DNA of 64,000 nucleotides. It comes from Octopus sinensis (lineage: Eukaryota). Within the stretch, counting starts at the first letter, position 1. Every line of letters begins with the position of its first letter. A program made the position numbers and the translations under genes. The stretch lies in NCBI RefSeq assembly GCF_006345805.1, contig NC_043003.1:79670001-79734000 (forward strand), in the 5' to 3' direction. Under the pieces are notes generated by a model. It was not told the DNA's origin. It worked only from the letters and a program-made list of their open reading frames with translations, and made no database searches. This document shows, piece by piece, positions 26,031 to 39,399 of this stretch.

Positions 26031-26784
26031 TGGGAAATAATGCTAAAAAAAAAACCAAAACAAAAGCAATTTGTTTTGGTATTGTAGCAGGTAGAGCTTC
26101 ATAGTTTTGTGGTGTAAAGATTTTCATCTACATTAATTAAACGAAATATTCCAAAGCTGATTCTGATAAAATTCATTTTCCACACTCTCCATTTTCCATG
26201 CTCTCATACTGATTAAGAATTACCTAATAACTACAGGTAGTTCTACATGTCAGCGCTACAAAGAGAATCTTACATGGGAATATATAAATTATTCAACAAT
26301 AGTGAAGAACCATTATAAAAGGATTCCTATTGGGATGCATTAAAATTACCTTTTTTTAAATATCTTCAAATTGCGACATGTATTATGCAAAGGAATTGCA
26401 TACTATGTAATTAGAGGCAATTAACGAACTTTATTTAACATCTATGATAAATGGTTCGAGTTGAATTTGTGAAAACTAAATTTGCTGTTCAAAATAGAAA
26501 TGGCGGGTCAGTATTAGTCACTTAGATGAATTATGCAGCTTTCTTTGTTTACGGCTTATAAGAAATTTAAACATTCAATGATTCTTGAAGTGATTTTAGA
26601 CATTTAATTACTGAATTTCTCATGCGAAAATATTAACTTTGTATACAAGTTCTTTAACCTTATGACCAATGAAATTTTATTAAAAGAAATTCCCCAAGAT
26701 TGAGTAAACCGCATAGAATCGGTTTCTTAAGCTTTTTGAAACGGGCGTACAAAGAACTCATGAACCATGTATTTATAAATATTG

Positions 26785-26910
26785 GTTTCAAATTTTGGCA
26801 TAAGGTCAGCAATTCCAGGGAAGCGGAATAAGTCGATTACATCGACCCCAGTACTCAACTGGTACTTATTTTATCGACCCCGGAAGGATAAAAGGCAAAG
26901 TCGACCTCAT
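26785..26910 (-). mobile_element. Truncated SINE family A
   Basis: AAGTCGATTACATCGACCCCAGTACTCAACTGGTACTTATTTTATCGACCCC...GGCAAAGTCGACCTC. Confidence 0.85.
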
Positions 26911-28499
26911 GTATTTTTAAATATCGAAATCTTTAAAAAGATTGTATTTTCACAAGAGTCTATTAGAGTCCTTTTTGTCCAGACCTTGCAATTCTCTTTT
27001 TAGTTTGGTGGGTCGATGCAAAATTGGAGAAATAGAGAACTAAAGGCACTACTGGAAAAGTATATTTCCAGAAGAATTTCCTGAAGTAATTCCCACGTAT
27101 AGGTCAGAATTTTGGTGTAAAGCAGAAACGCTTAAAGGAGCTGATGACTTGTTTACCAAAATGTGCCCGAATATACATTGAATCTAATATACTCCTAAGT
27201 AAAGCCATGATTGATTAAATGTTTACAACCGTAACTTGTAACAAGAGTAAAATAAGCAATAGGATGTTTTTTTTTACCATTTAGTCAGAAGCGGAAATGT
27301 TAGCAGCCATGGTCATCTTTCTTGGACCTCTGAGAACAGAGAAAGGTAGGAAGCTACCCTCAAACTAAAGACTTGGCTCATAAAAAGAAATTCACTTTAG
27401 GTAACTAAAGATAATATTGTGGCGTTGAACTAAACAATACATTAAGTTTAACAACCAACGATAAAAGCTGCCATCCAAGAATCTACATTAATTCTCAAGG
27501 CTAAAAAAAGAAAAACTCAATATCAAAACATGTTGCCCTCTATAATGAGATTTGGATACTATCTTTCATGCCGAGCGGCGAAGTAGAGGCTCCTACTGTT
27601 GGCTTGTTCTGTTTTCATTGATGCTGGTAGTGTGATATCAGGTCAGTTCTCAACCAGATCTATTGTCAAAAAGAAATTCCGTCCGTATCCCTCTCGTCTT
27701 CTTTCGATTTCTAGATACAGTGTATCTCGAAAAATATTCAATATGTTCCTGTCTGCAAAAAATGTTAATGTGTGAGGGAGACTTTGTAGCTATACCTAGC
27801 AAGTCGTATGGTAACGCAAACGTTCTCTCGTTGTCTGGTAAACCTTTATAGGAAAAGAGGAAATGGAATGTTTTGTGGATTGAAGCCTTTCCCAAGAGCA
27901 TTCGATGTGCTAGTAAAATTAAATACGTTTAAACATCGAAATGAAAGCGAGGCTTGGTCCACAGTCTACCGAGATCTTAGATTTTGTGACTTTGTAATTC
28001 AGCATAAAGAAATTACAAATATCGTTAATATATGAATGCACAAATAACTCCCTGCTAACATAGAAACAGAAGCCTTTAGTTAGAAAAACAAGACATCAGA
28101 AAATTAAAACAGATAAAAGCTCTTCAATCATAGAGTTCTTCAAAATTTTTAACATCAGCACGCACGCACGCGCACACATACACAGGCACGTACACACACA
28201 CACAAGCACACACGTGGACACTCAATCCCCCTCTCTCTCTTTCTCGCAGTCATCTTAGGCATCTTTTCTCTTTCTCTCCCCACAGTTTGTTCTCCTCTCT
28301 TTTGCAATTGCGTACACACACACTCGTACTTACATATACATATATGCTTCATACGCACACACATGTATGTACGTATAATCTCTCACACATACAAAGACTC
28401 CATTTCTCTTTCTCCAACTCTACTCTGTCACACATATACACACATATTCTAAAATTTTTCACATTTCTTTCCAATGATGACTTGCAAAATTCAATATAA

Positions 28500-29150
28500 T
28501 TGCAGATTGTGAATAGAGAAAAGAAAGAAAGAGAATTAAATATGAAATCTTTCTATAATCATGAACGTTAACTACTGTGATAGTTACAAACAACCACAAT
28601 CGCATGGATTTCTGCTGATGACGTAAAACACCATTTTGTTTATTGACGTGTGTAGACCAGAAACATGGGCCACATATTCTCACCTGATCCAGCAAGGGTT
28701 CTTGGCCCTGTTGATATTCCACCTTTCAGGCATCTACAACTTTCGCCCTTGTACCGGGTTAGATACAGTTCTTTTAAACTCACTGATGGGATGTAATATT
28801 TTATCTGTTCTTTTCAGCTATCTTATAATTTCCTGATTATTCTGGCCGTGCCCAGGAGGAAAACCTTTTATAACAGTTCTACTGGGCACTATATTCCAAT
28901 TTTTTTTTCTTCTTCTTCTTCTTCTTCTTTCTTCTTCTTCTTCTTCTTCTCTTCTTCTTCTTCTTCTCTTCTTCTTCTTCTTCTTCTTTTCTTCTTCTTC
29001 TTCTTCTTCTTCTTCTTCTTCTTCTCATTACATGGTTTTGGTAATTTCTGGTGGGTCAGCTTTGATCTTGTGCTGCATTTGAAAATCCTTTAGTCTCTGC
29101 TTTGAATTCCTAAGTTTTTCAGCCATTGTTGGGATTTTGCTTTGTCTATT
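28500..29150 (-). mobile_element. R4/Dong-type (REL endonuclease) non-LTR retrotransposon 3' end, interrupted by (CTT)n
   Basis: Reverse complement of 28820-28860 reads LLGTARIIRKL*, the typical C-terminus of R4-clade ORFs. Confidence 0.7.
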
Positions 29151-29246
29151 TCTTTTCTGTTTTCGGGGTTGATGAAACACTGGGGTCAATGTAATCGACT
29201 AGTCCCCTCCCACCAAATTTCAGTCCTTGTGTCTTTAGTAGAAAGG

Positions 29247-29325
<79 letters not shown>

Positions 29326-29326
<1 letters not shown>

Positions 29327-29837
29327 GAGTGAGAGAGCAGTGCATGCCATCAAAGTGACACTAGTCCAATATACTCATCATGACTATCCGTCTGATAAGA
29401 GTACACCAGGCATACGCATCACAACCCTATGTGCATGACATGGTGATCACATATAAAGATAAACAAAGCGTGACCTTGCAGGTGGAGTCCAGTTAGACTT
29501 TTCTTCAGGTCGAGTAGCCCATCCCACTCAAAAGATCCCTGAATAAAGTTTGTTTAAGAACACACACATTTCCAGAATTAATTATTCAAATCCCAAAGAA
29601 TTCCTCTCAACACATGGCTATAATGCTCGTGATCAGAGGTATCCATATCGTCATCCACTAAGTTACAGGCTCAACTGGTTAAGGTCAAATGACTGACAAG
29701 CAAATCTGTGTAATTGAGAAGAATATTTGCTGTAGCCCATCTTTTATGCCAAGACAAAACATGTACATGATAACATTTCCTATCAGTTAAGATTCAAAAC
29801 CATGAGAACCAGTGCATGGTACTGCATCAGGGCATTT
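29326..29837 (-). mobile_element. Non-coding ~510 bp interspersed element embedded in (ATT)n
   Basis: Complex sequence flanked on both sides by long ATT tracts; no ORF homology seen. Strand inferred from a possible (AAT)n tail. Confidence 0.5.
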
Positions 29838-29864
29838 AATTATTATTATTATTATTATCATTAC

Positions 29865-29914
<50 letters not shown>

Positions 29915-29952
29915 TATTATTATTATTATCATCATCATTATTATCATTATTA

Positions 29953-29988
<36 letters not shown>

Positions 29989-30759
29989 TATTATTATTAT
30001 TATTATTATTATGTACTTTCGAGATCAATAAAATGAATATCAGTTAAGCACTGGAGACGAAATTGCTGACATTGTGCCAAAATTTGAAACCAATATTAAT
30101 AACATATCTAAGGCTATAGAATATCTTGTAGCATTTTGTCCGGTCTTTTCTCGTTCTTAGCCCAAACCTCTGCCGATGTTATCTTTACCTTACATAATTT
30201 ATTTGTGTGAATGACATGTCATAAAAACACAGAAATAAGTAAAAGTGAAAACAGTTTTATTTCATCTGGAACTATAATTTAGTATAATATATTTTCTTTC
30301 ATTTATTTAATTCTTAAAATAACTTGATAAATGTGTAGATACCTTAGTGACTGAAGTGTGACAGCAAACATGAAGTTACCAATAAATCTAAAAATTTTAC
30401 AACAAAACAAACTATTTCTTCTTGATCCACAACATTGATTCGTAAGTATGAATATTTCCTGTAAATGCTTACAATAGTTTCTTGTTCAGGTCGTGTATCA
30501 AATAGACAACTCTCTGTTCTGCAGTGTTCGTGCTCATTGTCATTGTTATATGCTTTTAATATGTAACTATTATACGATTGTTCTTTCAGATTTGCTGCTT
30601 CGAGATTACAGACTCCAGTGTAGTTAATTTGGGAGAAACCATATATACTCTTGTGCTAATGCTAAATTATAGATTTCATCTGTGTAGCCTCCATTTTGTT
30701 CCAAGCTACATCTATTGAGTAAGTTGCTTCAAATCAATATCTGAAGCAAAGCTGAAGTT

Positions 30760-31200
30760 GGTTGAATGGTTTCCAACGTCTTAAAAGCATGATGAAAATA
30801 ACTTTAAAGCTCTTGGCTGCTTGAAACAGAAGCCTCTGATTATGTTGCATTCTACTGAGCATCATTCTCCAGCAATCCAAATATAATGTATGCTTCTTAG
30901 GTGATTGCAAAATTTTTGCCAGTGATTAATCGAAGATTCTTTAAATGAGCTTCTTCTCTGGGCTTTATAGAAAAAAGTCGTAGACAGAAGCATTCCACCC
31001 ACTTCACAGAATTGATCAAGGATACTCCCATTGAATCCAACCAGATGTTGAGTCTAGATATGAGAAGCCTGTTCACCAAAGTCCCAACTAACGGTGATAC
31101 AAGAAAAACTAGTGACAGATAACCATCTAAAAGAATGCACTAGTATACCAATAAGAAACTTCTTCGATCTTCCTTGACGTGATCTTTGCAGTGTGGGGTT
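30760..31200 (+). mobile_element. PLE reverse transcriptase fragment
   Basis: TELIKDTPIESNQMLSLDMRSLFTKVP matches the PLE RT SFDVxSLFTxVP motif. Confidence 0.75.
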
Positions 31201-31264
31201 TTGCATTGTCCTAATGAAATACTGCTTCCTTTCGATTCCCCTTTTTTTTCTTATTCAAAGCAGC

Positions 31265-32068
31265 TTTCAAACGCTCTACTTGCTGACAGCAGATTTAAGT
31301 ATTGATTGTTGCATTAGTTGGTAGCAAGTAAAAATGGAAGGCTCCTCAGAAATCTCCCCCAAAATAGAGAAGAACCTTCCTCTCATGGAGTTCTCTTTTC
31401 GGTTGTGGTTGGGCCTTTTCCCCTTCACCAAGCCAATATCTACATTTTGATAAGAGAGACATTTGTCATCGCCGGTCACCAGTATATCCAAAAAGAACGA
31501 GAGGAGTTCACGAGGAGGAAAAGGATAGCAGATGTCCACTCGGGATTTGCAGTTGGCGTCAAACATATCATGAGGCACCCATTTCCTGAGTTTTAGGACC
31601 TTTCCAAGCTGTTGAAGATGGCAGTGAACAGTTGTATGGCTTGAACGAAGCTTGCTTGTCAATTCCTCAACTGAAACTGCGTGATCTTTTCCAAGTTTTG
31701 CCAAAAGGAGATTGTCATCAAACTCAATTGGACGCCCTGTTCAGGCCTCATCTTCGAGGTTAAAATCTTCACTTCTGAATTTTACAAACCATCTTCTGCA
31801 AGTTCTTTCATTCATGTACATTTCTAAATAAGCTGAGTGAATATTCGAGTATTATGGGCCGCAAATGCTCCTTAGAAACTTTCCTGTTTGAAGAGCTATA
31901 AATTAGAGAAATTTCAATTAGATCATCATGCAAAATGAAATTTAATTAGTTTAAATACGTCTAAATACATATAAATATTACTTCATGCGATTAGACATTC
32001 TAAAATACTGTTAAAGCGTTTACAAATTGAAAATATAAAAGTACGGACATTATGTAAGGGATGACCTG

Positions 32069-32070
<2 letters not shown>
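31265..32070 (-). mobile_element. Mariner element, 5' TIR plus transposase through first catalytic Asp, 3'-truncated
   Basis: ORF 31276..31704 has KWVPHDM and LVTGDDK; terminal TCAGGTCATCCCTTACATAATGTCCG (minus) resembles the TIR at 56858. Confidence 0.9.
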
Positions 32071-32160
<90 letters not shown>

Positions 32161-32229
32161 GGAGTAAACACATAAATGTGAAACAAGGTGGAAAAAAGAG
32201 TACTCAAATACCAGTGGTAGAGTAATATG

Positions 32230-32350
32230 CTTTATTTAAAGCAGCAGAAAATTCAACAAAACCTGTTACTCTGAGTTTCCCGTTGCCGTTCATCGGACAG
32301 TTTTTGCAGAGTAACAGGTTTTGTTGAATTTTCTGCTGCTTTAAATAAAG
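32230..32350. repeat. Perfect 44-bp inverted repeat enclosing most of a hammerhead-like core
   Basis: Arms 32230-32273 and 32307-32350, 33-nt loop; right arm abuts (TA)n. Confidence 0.95.
32262..32300 (-). ncRNA. Minimal type I hammerhead ribozyme motif (core variant CCGAUGA)
   Basis: CTGT-CCGATGA-ACGGCAACGG-GAAA-CTCAGA-GTA-ACAG; stem I CTGT/ACAG pairs and helix III is near-palindromic. Confidence 0.55.
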
Positions 32351-32430
32351 TATATATATATATATATACATACACATATAATTAAAATATACAGCAGTTT
32401 GCAATGTATACCAAAACGGAAAACTATAAT

Positions 32431-32686
32431 TGTCACTAAATGCAACTAGGGTGTTAGAAACTCCTACATTGTTACAAATAAGACCTTAAGTGCTCTAATG
32501 CTGTAGTCAAAGCACATAATTGTATACATATATACAGACAGAGAATTCTCGAACGGTATTTTCAGAAGATTATAGACTCTGTCTGTATATATATGCATGC
32601 AATTATGTGCGTTGACTACAGCAATAGACCATTTTAGGTCTTATTTCTAAGAATGTATTTCTAACACCCTAGTCGCATTTAGTGAC
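32431..32686. mobile_element. Fold-back MITE-like element
   Basis: TGTCACTAAATGC...GCATTTAGTGACA termini; ~115 bp imperfect arms pair along their length. Confidence 0.75.
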
Positions 32687-33057
32687 ACACACACACACAT
32701 ATATGTATATATATATATATGAATGAATATATACGCATATATATATATATATTTATATAAGCACACACACACACACAAACACATATAGCTGAAGGATTAA
32801 AAGAAATGAAAGGTCATACTAAGTATGTCTATCTGCTGGGAATAACAGTTAAAACTCTCATTTAAATCGCCAAAATGCACTGATAATAACTACAGAAATC
32901 AACCGTCCGAAGACAAACAGGCTAAGACCATTTCCTCAGTTATCATCATTTTAAAATTATTATACTAGATAATAACAGAGTCAATGGTATCTTCGTAAAT
33001 TATTTTTTCATGAATCATCTTTGTCTCGTGAACTATTTGTTCCGTATTGAAATTATA

Positions 33058-33897
33058 CAGGGTGTTCCAGAAGTCTTGGGCACATTTCAAGTCCTCATAT
33101 CTGTTGGACTATGATTGGTAGTAAGATGAAACTGGTCCCATTTTAAAGCTAAATTCATTAAGATGTTTTGTAATACTAATGATTTTTTTCATATTTTCTC
33201 AAATCCAGTAATGGCGTTCACTCAACTAGAAAAGGCGTTTTGCGTCCTTGACTTCGCAAAAACTGTATCATTTACACTTGTTCAACGTGCATTTCGCACA
33301 AAAAGAGGCACAAGAAACGACGTCCATATTGAGATGGCATGGTAAATTCATGGAGGATAGATGTTTGTGCCCAGCTAAGAGAATGGGATGCCTCTCAACT
33401 TCAGATGATACGGTTGAGCGTGTTCGAACAGCCGTCGAGTAGAGCTCCCGTAAATCGATCAGACGAGCCAGTAGGGAACTTCAGCTTCCTACAACAACTG
33501 TTTGGCGTATCTTAAAAAACGACTGTATATGACACCTTACAAGCTACAGTTTGTCCAACAACGTGACTTTTGCATTGCAATGCAAGAGAAGTTGGAAGAT
33601 GACGGATTTGATGACGGGCTTGTTTTTAGCGATGAAAGGACTGGTCTATGTGCCTCCACTTCCAAAAGACGTGGATGAATTGAAGGCCCGAATAACGAAA
33701 GCTGTTGCAGCCATCGACAATGCAATGCTGGAACACGTTTGGCAAGAATTGGACTATCGGCTTGAACATCTTTGAACATTTCGTAAAAACAACTTGAAAT
33801 TACAGGCTTTCAAAATATATCAGATGCGTTTTTATTTCCTTAATAGTTTTCGAGATATTCAATGACAAAATGTGCCCAAGACTTCTGGAACACCCTG
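33058..33897 (+). mobile_element. Internally deleted Tc1/mariner-superfamily element (DUF4817-type HTH)
   Basis: 30-bp TIR CAGGGTGTTCCAGAAGTCTTGGGCACATTT at both ends, TA duplication at 33056 and 33898; remnants MAFTQLEKAFCVLDFAKTVSFTLVQRAFR and YVPPLPKDVDELKARITKAVAAID. Confidence 0.92.
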
Positions 33898-34169
33898 TAT
33901 ATATAAAATCAATTTTCAAAAAAAAAAAAAAACGCAGAGAAAAAGAAAAGGAAACAAACGAACGTGTGGATGTGGCACAAGCAACGTAGTGATAAGACGC
34001 TCAGAGAAAGAAAAAAGTAGTAGCTTTACGTTTCGAGCATAGCTCTTCTTCGAAAGCAGGAAAAACAGGAAAGTCCAACATGAAGGAAGGAAAAAAGTAG
34101 AAGGAATGAAATTTGAAGAAGGAATGAAAAGAAAGTGCTTTCTGAGACAGGAGAGTGTGAAAATGGTCA

Positions 34170-34384
34170 GTATGCGCGTGTATGATAGTGTGTGTGTGTG
34201 TATGGTAGTGTGTGTATCGTAGCGTGTGTATGTGTGGTAGCGTGTATGTGGCAGTAACTGCATGTGTGTGTTTTTGCGTGGTAGCGTGTGTGCGTGTGTG
34301 GTGTTTTGGTTTGTGTTTGTGTGCGTAGTCGTGTGTGTGTGTGTGTGAGCGTAGTAGGAACTGTGTGCATATGTGTTAAAATCG

Positions 34385-34440
<56 letters not shown>

Positions 34441-34449
34441 GTGTGTGTG

Positions 34450-34517
<68 letters not shown>

Positions 34518-34530
34518 ATATATATCTGTG
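34170..34530. repeat. (GT)-rich and (AT)n microsatellites
   Basis: Seen directly. Confidence 0.9.
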
Positions 34531-35049
34531 TGTATGTCCGTCCGTATGTTTCCTTCAGGATCCATTGTTTCGGTTTTTCAAGTGTCTATCTTGTACAGTT
34601 GGTGAATTCCTTATGTTTTAAGAACAGAAGCAGTCACTGGTTGGTATTCTTGTCTGCGAGAAACGAGAAAATAACCTCTACATGGTTCAACTAGAAATCT
34701 AATCGAAATTTTGTCAATAAATCACTACCTACCGTATCAAAGGAGATGGATAGTTCGGACTATGAAATTACTGATATGATAAAAAAAAACAAAGAAAAAA
34801 ACAAACTAACAAAAAAAAACAATAACTAATACAAAAGCAAAAGCAGATCAGGATGATCACAAATGGAATATTTTAATCTAGGCCTGTTCAGACAGGGATA
34901 ACTCTAGACTAAACAACAGCAACTGAAAGCCGATTTGATATCAGTTTTTAACAAAATGGTAGCATAATGCTAGACATTTTGTGGGTGGTGGATATAGTCG
35001 ATTATATGATGCCAGTGCTGGAATGCTATGTTACCGACATCGGAGACAT

Positions 35050-35400
35050 GTTTCCCTGAATGACGTTGTTAGCAAATGTTCAGGTCCTGGCTAAGGGCTG
35101 CAATTTTATTCTCAGCTGAAATAATTGTAGTATTTTTCAATATGAATGCAATGCAATATTGATATTTTGTCACTGATAAATCCGACCTCATCAAGGTTTA
35201 TACATAAAACATAAGAGTTGTAACCAAACACCTCATAGCATTTTGTTCAGTTCTCTCAGAAGGCTTTGGTCAGCGTTGGAGGCAAGTCTAAAAGTCACTT
35301 GCTCAACCGCAAACACATTGTTGCGAAGTGAAATTCTTAGCTACACAGGAATACATAATAGACTACACAGTGTGTTCTTCCGATTAGTACTGGGAAGAAG
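35050..35400 (-). mobile_element. Possible pogo/Tigger-like transposase remnant
   Basis: Frameshifted translation ...RLASNADQSLLRELNKML / YNSYVLCINLDEVG resembles the NxDExG first catalytic motif. Confidence 0.3.
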
Positions 35401-35800
35401 CAGGTTCGCTCTATACTCTCCGCACTAGAACACTCTAACGTTATTAGAGATATGATGCTAAGATAAATTTATACCACAATATCAAATATTTCATCCATTG
35501 TGTTTATGATATATCAGATGTACACACAAAGATTAGTCAGTTTATAACCTCTTACTGCACACAGGTGTCTTTGTGTGTGTGTGTGAGCGAGTGTGTGAGA
35601 GAGAGTGTGTGTGTGTATGTGACTTGGGAAGTAAAGGTTACATATCGAACAAGAGTAAATCATATTCTAAAATTTACTGCATTTCTCCTAAGCGATTTCA
35701 TTATATTTACTTTTTGTGGGGGAATGGGGGTGTGATGCTATAGATCAATGATCATTCCAGAGCTGTTCTTCTTTCTCTCCTTCTCCATTCCCTCTCTCTC

Positions 35801-35857
<57 letters not shown>

Positions 35858-35911
35858 CATACATATACATACATATACAAACATATATATATATATATGT
35901 ACATACATACA

Positions 35912-35947
<36 letters not shown>

Positions 35948-36721
35948 TATAAATATAAATGTATGTATGTATTTAGTGTATGTAGGCATGCATGTATAAA
36001 TTAATCAGAGTGCGTGCGTTTGAACTGCTACAGTATTCAAAACTCACAACATGAACCATTTTATAGACATAGTGAAGGTACATATTTCACTCTATTGCGA
36101 GTGAGTGAAACTGTCTAATTACTACTAACATAACTATCAAAGCAAACATACCGAACATATATTATAAAAAAATAAAAAGTAAATACAGAATGCCTTTTTT
36201 TGGGATAATAAAAATGCGTTTCATACTTACCCTGAAATTGAATATTTTTGAGAAAAAAAAAATATAAAAATCTGCTCTTCGTGTCTTGAATCATCAAAAC
36301 TCATAATTTAATTTCAAATAATAAATATAACAAATAAAATAAATAAATGCATAAATAAATAAATAAATAAATAAAGCTCATATTGAGAGCTTTGAAATCT
36401 GAAGCAGTTTTAACGCAATCATCCCCACTGATAATATATAAAAAGAAATGTTAATATAAATCATTTCAACTGCGCTAAAGTAAAAAAGGTAAAGAAAAAG
36501 AAGAAAAAAAAGAAAGGAAAAGAAATTGAACTTTAATGTTCAATTTGAGAAAATAACAAAAAAAAAAAAAATCTCGCATTCGCAAGAACTGTGAAGAAAA
36601 GTGGATACAAATTGAAACTGGTGAGTTAGAAAAAGGAAACATTTCTTCTCACAATTTTATTTCTAATCTGTATTCCTTTTTTTTTCTTCTGTGCATAACC
36701 AAGCGTTATTCAGGCAATGAG

Positions 36722-37520
36722 AAGGCAGCGAGCTGGCAGAATCGTTAGCACGCCGGGCGAAATGCGTAGCCGTATTTCGTCTGCCGTTACGTTCTGAGTT
36801 CAAATTCCGCCGAGACCGACTTTGCCTTTCATCCTTTCGGGGTCGATTAAATAAGTACCAGTTACGCACTGGTATCGATATAATCGACTTAATTCGCTTG
36901 TCTGTCCTTGGTTGTCTTCCCTGTGTTTAGCCCCTTGTAGTCAGTAAAGAAATAGGTATTTCATCTGCCGTCACGTTCTGAGTTCGAATTCCGCCGAGAC
37001 CGACTTTGCCTTTCATCCTTTCGGGGTCGATTAAATAAGTACCAGTTACGCACTGGGGTCGATATAATCGACTTTATCCGTTTGTGTATCCTTGGTTGTC
37101 TTCCCTGTGTTTAGCCCCTTGTGGGTAGTAAAGAAATAGGTATTTCGTTCTGAGCTCAAATCTCGCTGAGGTCGATTTTGAGTCTTATCTTTTCGGGTTC
37201 GATAAAATAAGTATCAGCTAAGCAGTGGGGGTCGATGTAATCGGCTATTTCCTTCATCCAAAATTACAGGTTTTGTGCCTATAGCAGAAAAGATTATTAA
37301 AGGCGGAGAACTTGCAGGAATCGCTGACACCATGGACAAAATGCTTAGCTGTATTTCGTCCGTCAAATGTTCTGAGTCCAAATTACATTGAAGTCGACGT
37401 TGCTTTTCATTCATTCGGGGTTGATAAAATAAATACCAGGTGAATACTGGGGTCGATGTAATTGCGCCCTACCCACCGAATTTCAGGCCTTATGCCAAGA
37501 GTAGAAAGGATTATTAACGA
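36722..37520 (+). mobile_element. Tandem array of four family A SINEs
   Basis: Copies at about 36722-36955, 36956-37140, 37141-37300 and 37300-37520. Confidence 0.88.
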
Positions 37521-37735
37521 TAAGTCGATCAAGCAATCGACTTACAACTTCCCCACCCATATTGTTGGCATCGTGCCAAAATTTGAAACCAATATTGTTA
37601 TAAATACTCGCACATACACGCATATGTGTGTGTGTGTGTGTGTGTGTGTGTTTATGGATTTATCTCTACATATGTAAATATATATGTATATGTATATATA
37701 TTAATCTATATATTTATATATATCTTCATGTACTT

Positions 37736-37826
<91 letters not shown>

Positions 37827-37855
37827 TATACATATATATACATATATATATATGT

Positions 37856-37904
<49 letters not shown>

Positions 37905-37916
37905 CATATATATGTG

Positions 37917-38300
37917 GAGGCGCAATGGCCCAGTGGTTAGGGCAGCGAACTCGCGGTCATAGGATCGCGGTTTCGATTCCCAGACCGGGTGTTGTGAGTG
38001 TTTATTGAGCGAAAACACCTAAAGTTCCACGAGGCTCCGGCAGGGGATGGTGGTGATCCCTGCTGTACTCTTTCACCACAACTTTCTCTCACTCTTACTT
38101 CCTGTTTCTGTTGTACCTGTATTTCAAAGGGCCGGCCTTGTCACTCTCTGTGTCACACTGAATATCCTCGAGAACTACGTTAAGGGTACACGTGTCTGTG
38201 GAGTGCTCAGCCACTTACACGTTAATTTCACGAGCAGGCTGTTCTGTTGATTCGGATCAACCGGAACCCTCATCGTCGTAACCGACGGAGTGCTTCCATT
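37917..38300 (+). mobile_element. tRNA-Arg-like SINE (OR-type by inference)
   Basis: GGCGCAATGGCCCAGTGGTTAGGGCAGCGAACTCGCGG (TCG anticodon) ...GGTTTCGATTCCCAGACC B box, followed by a non-tRNA body. Confidence 0.85.
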
Positions 38301-38372
38301 CCCACATATATATATTACATATATATATATACACATATATATATATATTACATATATATATATATATGTATC

Positions 38373-38411
<39 letters not shown>

Positions 38412-39144
38412 TCTATATAATATATATATATATATATTATATACACACACGCACATATATATACAGACACACGTACATATGCACGCGAGAACGACACCTA
38501 AATATATGTTGCACAGTATATCTATTTACATGAAGCCGGCTTTAGATGGATGGTTTGGAAAACTACCTAAATTATTTCTAAGGCCTCGGAAAACAAAATC
38601 AGGAAAAGATTTAGAGATTCTAAACACATATATTTTTCCAAAGATAAGACGAAATAAAAAAATAATGCAATTCTACGTATTCTAGAATTTCTTCCAAATA
38701 ACATAATAAACAATCAAAATAATGACAAAAATTTTGTACGTACAGGAGCTAAGTAGCATAAACACTAACTTCCTAGCAGAATATAGATGAAACGCGAATG
38801 TTTAGGTATAAGGAAATGTTATATAACCCTGAAGGACCATAAATAAAATTTCCCAACAGATCTACATGTAGAACTATAAAAGCCAGTAAAAACGCGAACT
38901 GTTTATAGTACGTGATAAATATCCAAGTGAATTAATCTTAAATATTAAACAAGCCGCAGAGTTATTCTATGGAATATCAATACTTCGCTAATCAAGTAGT
39001 TCAACAACACAATTAATAAAAGTAATTACAACTTCACCTAATTCGACATTGTAGAATTTTATTCATTCATCACAAAACTACTTGTTCAGAGAAGCCCTAA
39101 AATTAGGTGGGGGATATGTCAACAATTGCGAGCTGGACACTGAT

Positions 39145-39367
39145 TATCATAACGTTTCAAATTTTCACACAAGGCCAGTAATTTTACAGGGAGGATGTTA
39201 ATCGATTACATCGACTCTAGTGATCAACTGGTACACATTTTATTGACTTCATAAGGATGAAAGGTAAAGTCGACTTCGTTGAAATTTGATTTCAGAACGT
39301 AAAACAAAAAGAAATGCTACCAAGACTTTGTTTGGCGCGCTAACGATTCTGTTAGTTCGCCACCTTA
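39145..39367 (-). mobile_element. SINE family A
   Basis: Family A body and GCTAACGATTCTG A-box region in reverse. Confidence 0.8.
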
Positions 39368-39399
39368 TCATAATGCATGCGAAGAAGTCTTCCAGGTGA

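Noticed and set aside
27560-28035. Moderately GC-rich stretch with several short ORFs
   Set aside because: No consistent frame or recognisable homology.
28610-28675. CTGATGA...GAAAC
   Set aside because: No convincing stems or cleavage triplet; lies in the antisense of an R4 3' UTR.
24905-37520. Regularly spaced repeats resembling CRISPR arrays
   Set aside because: Units are ~200-bp tRNA-derived SINEs with A/B boxes in a eukaryotic context; no unique spacers or cas genes.
37917-37990. tRNA-Arg-like gene (also at 50605)
   Set aside because: No closing acceptor stem or T-run terminator; continues into a SINE body.
38740-38910. Two AAACGCGAA-containing segments that could be tandem hammerhead relics
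   Set aside because: Cores too degenerate to support a call.
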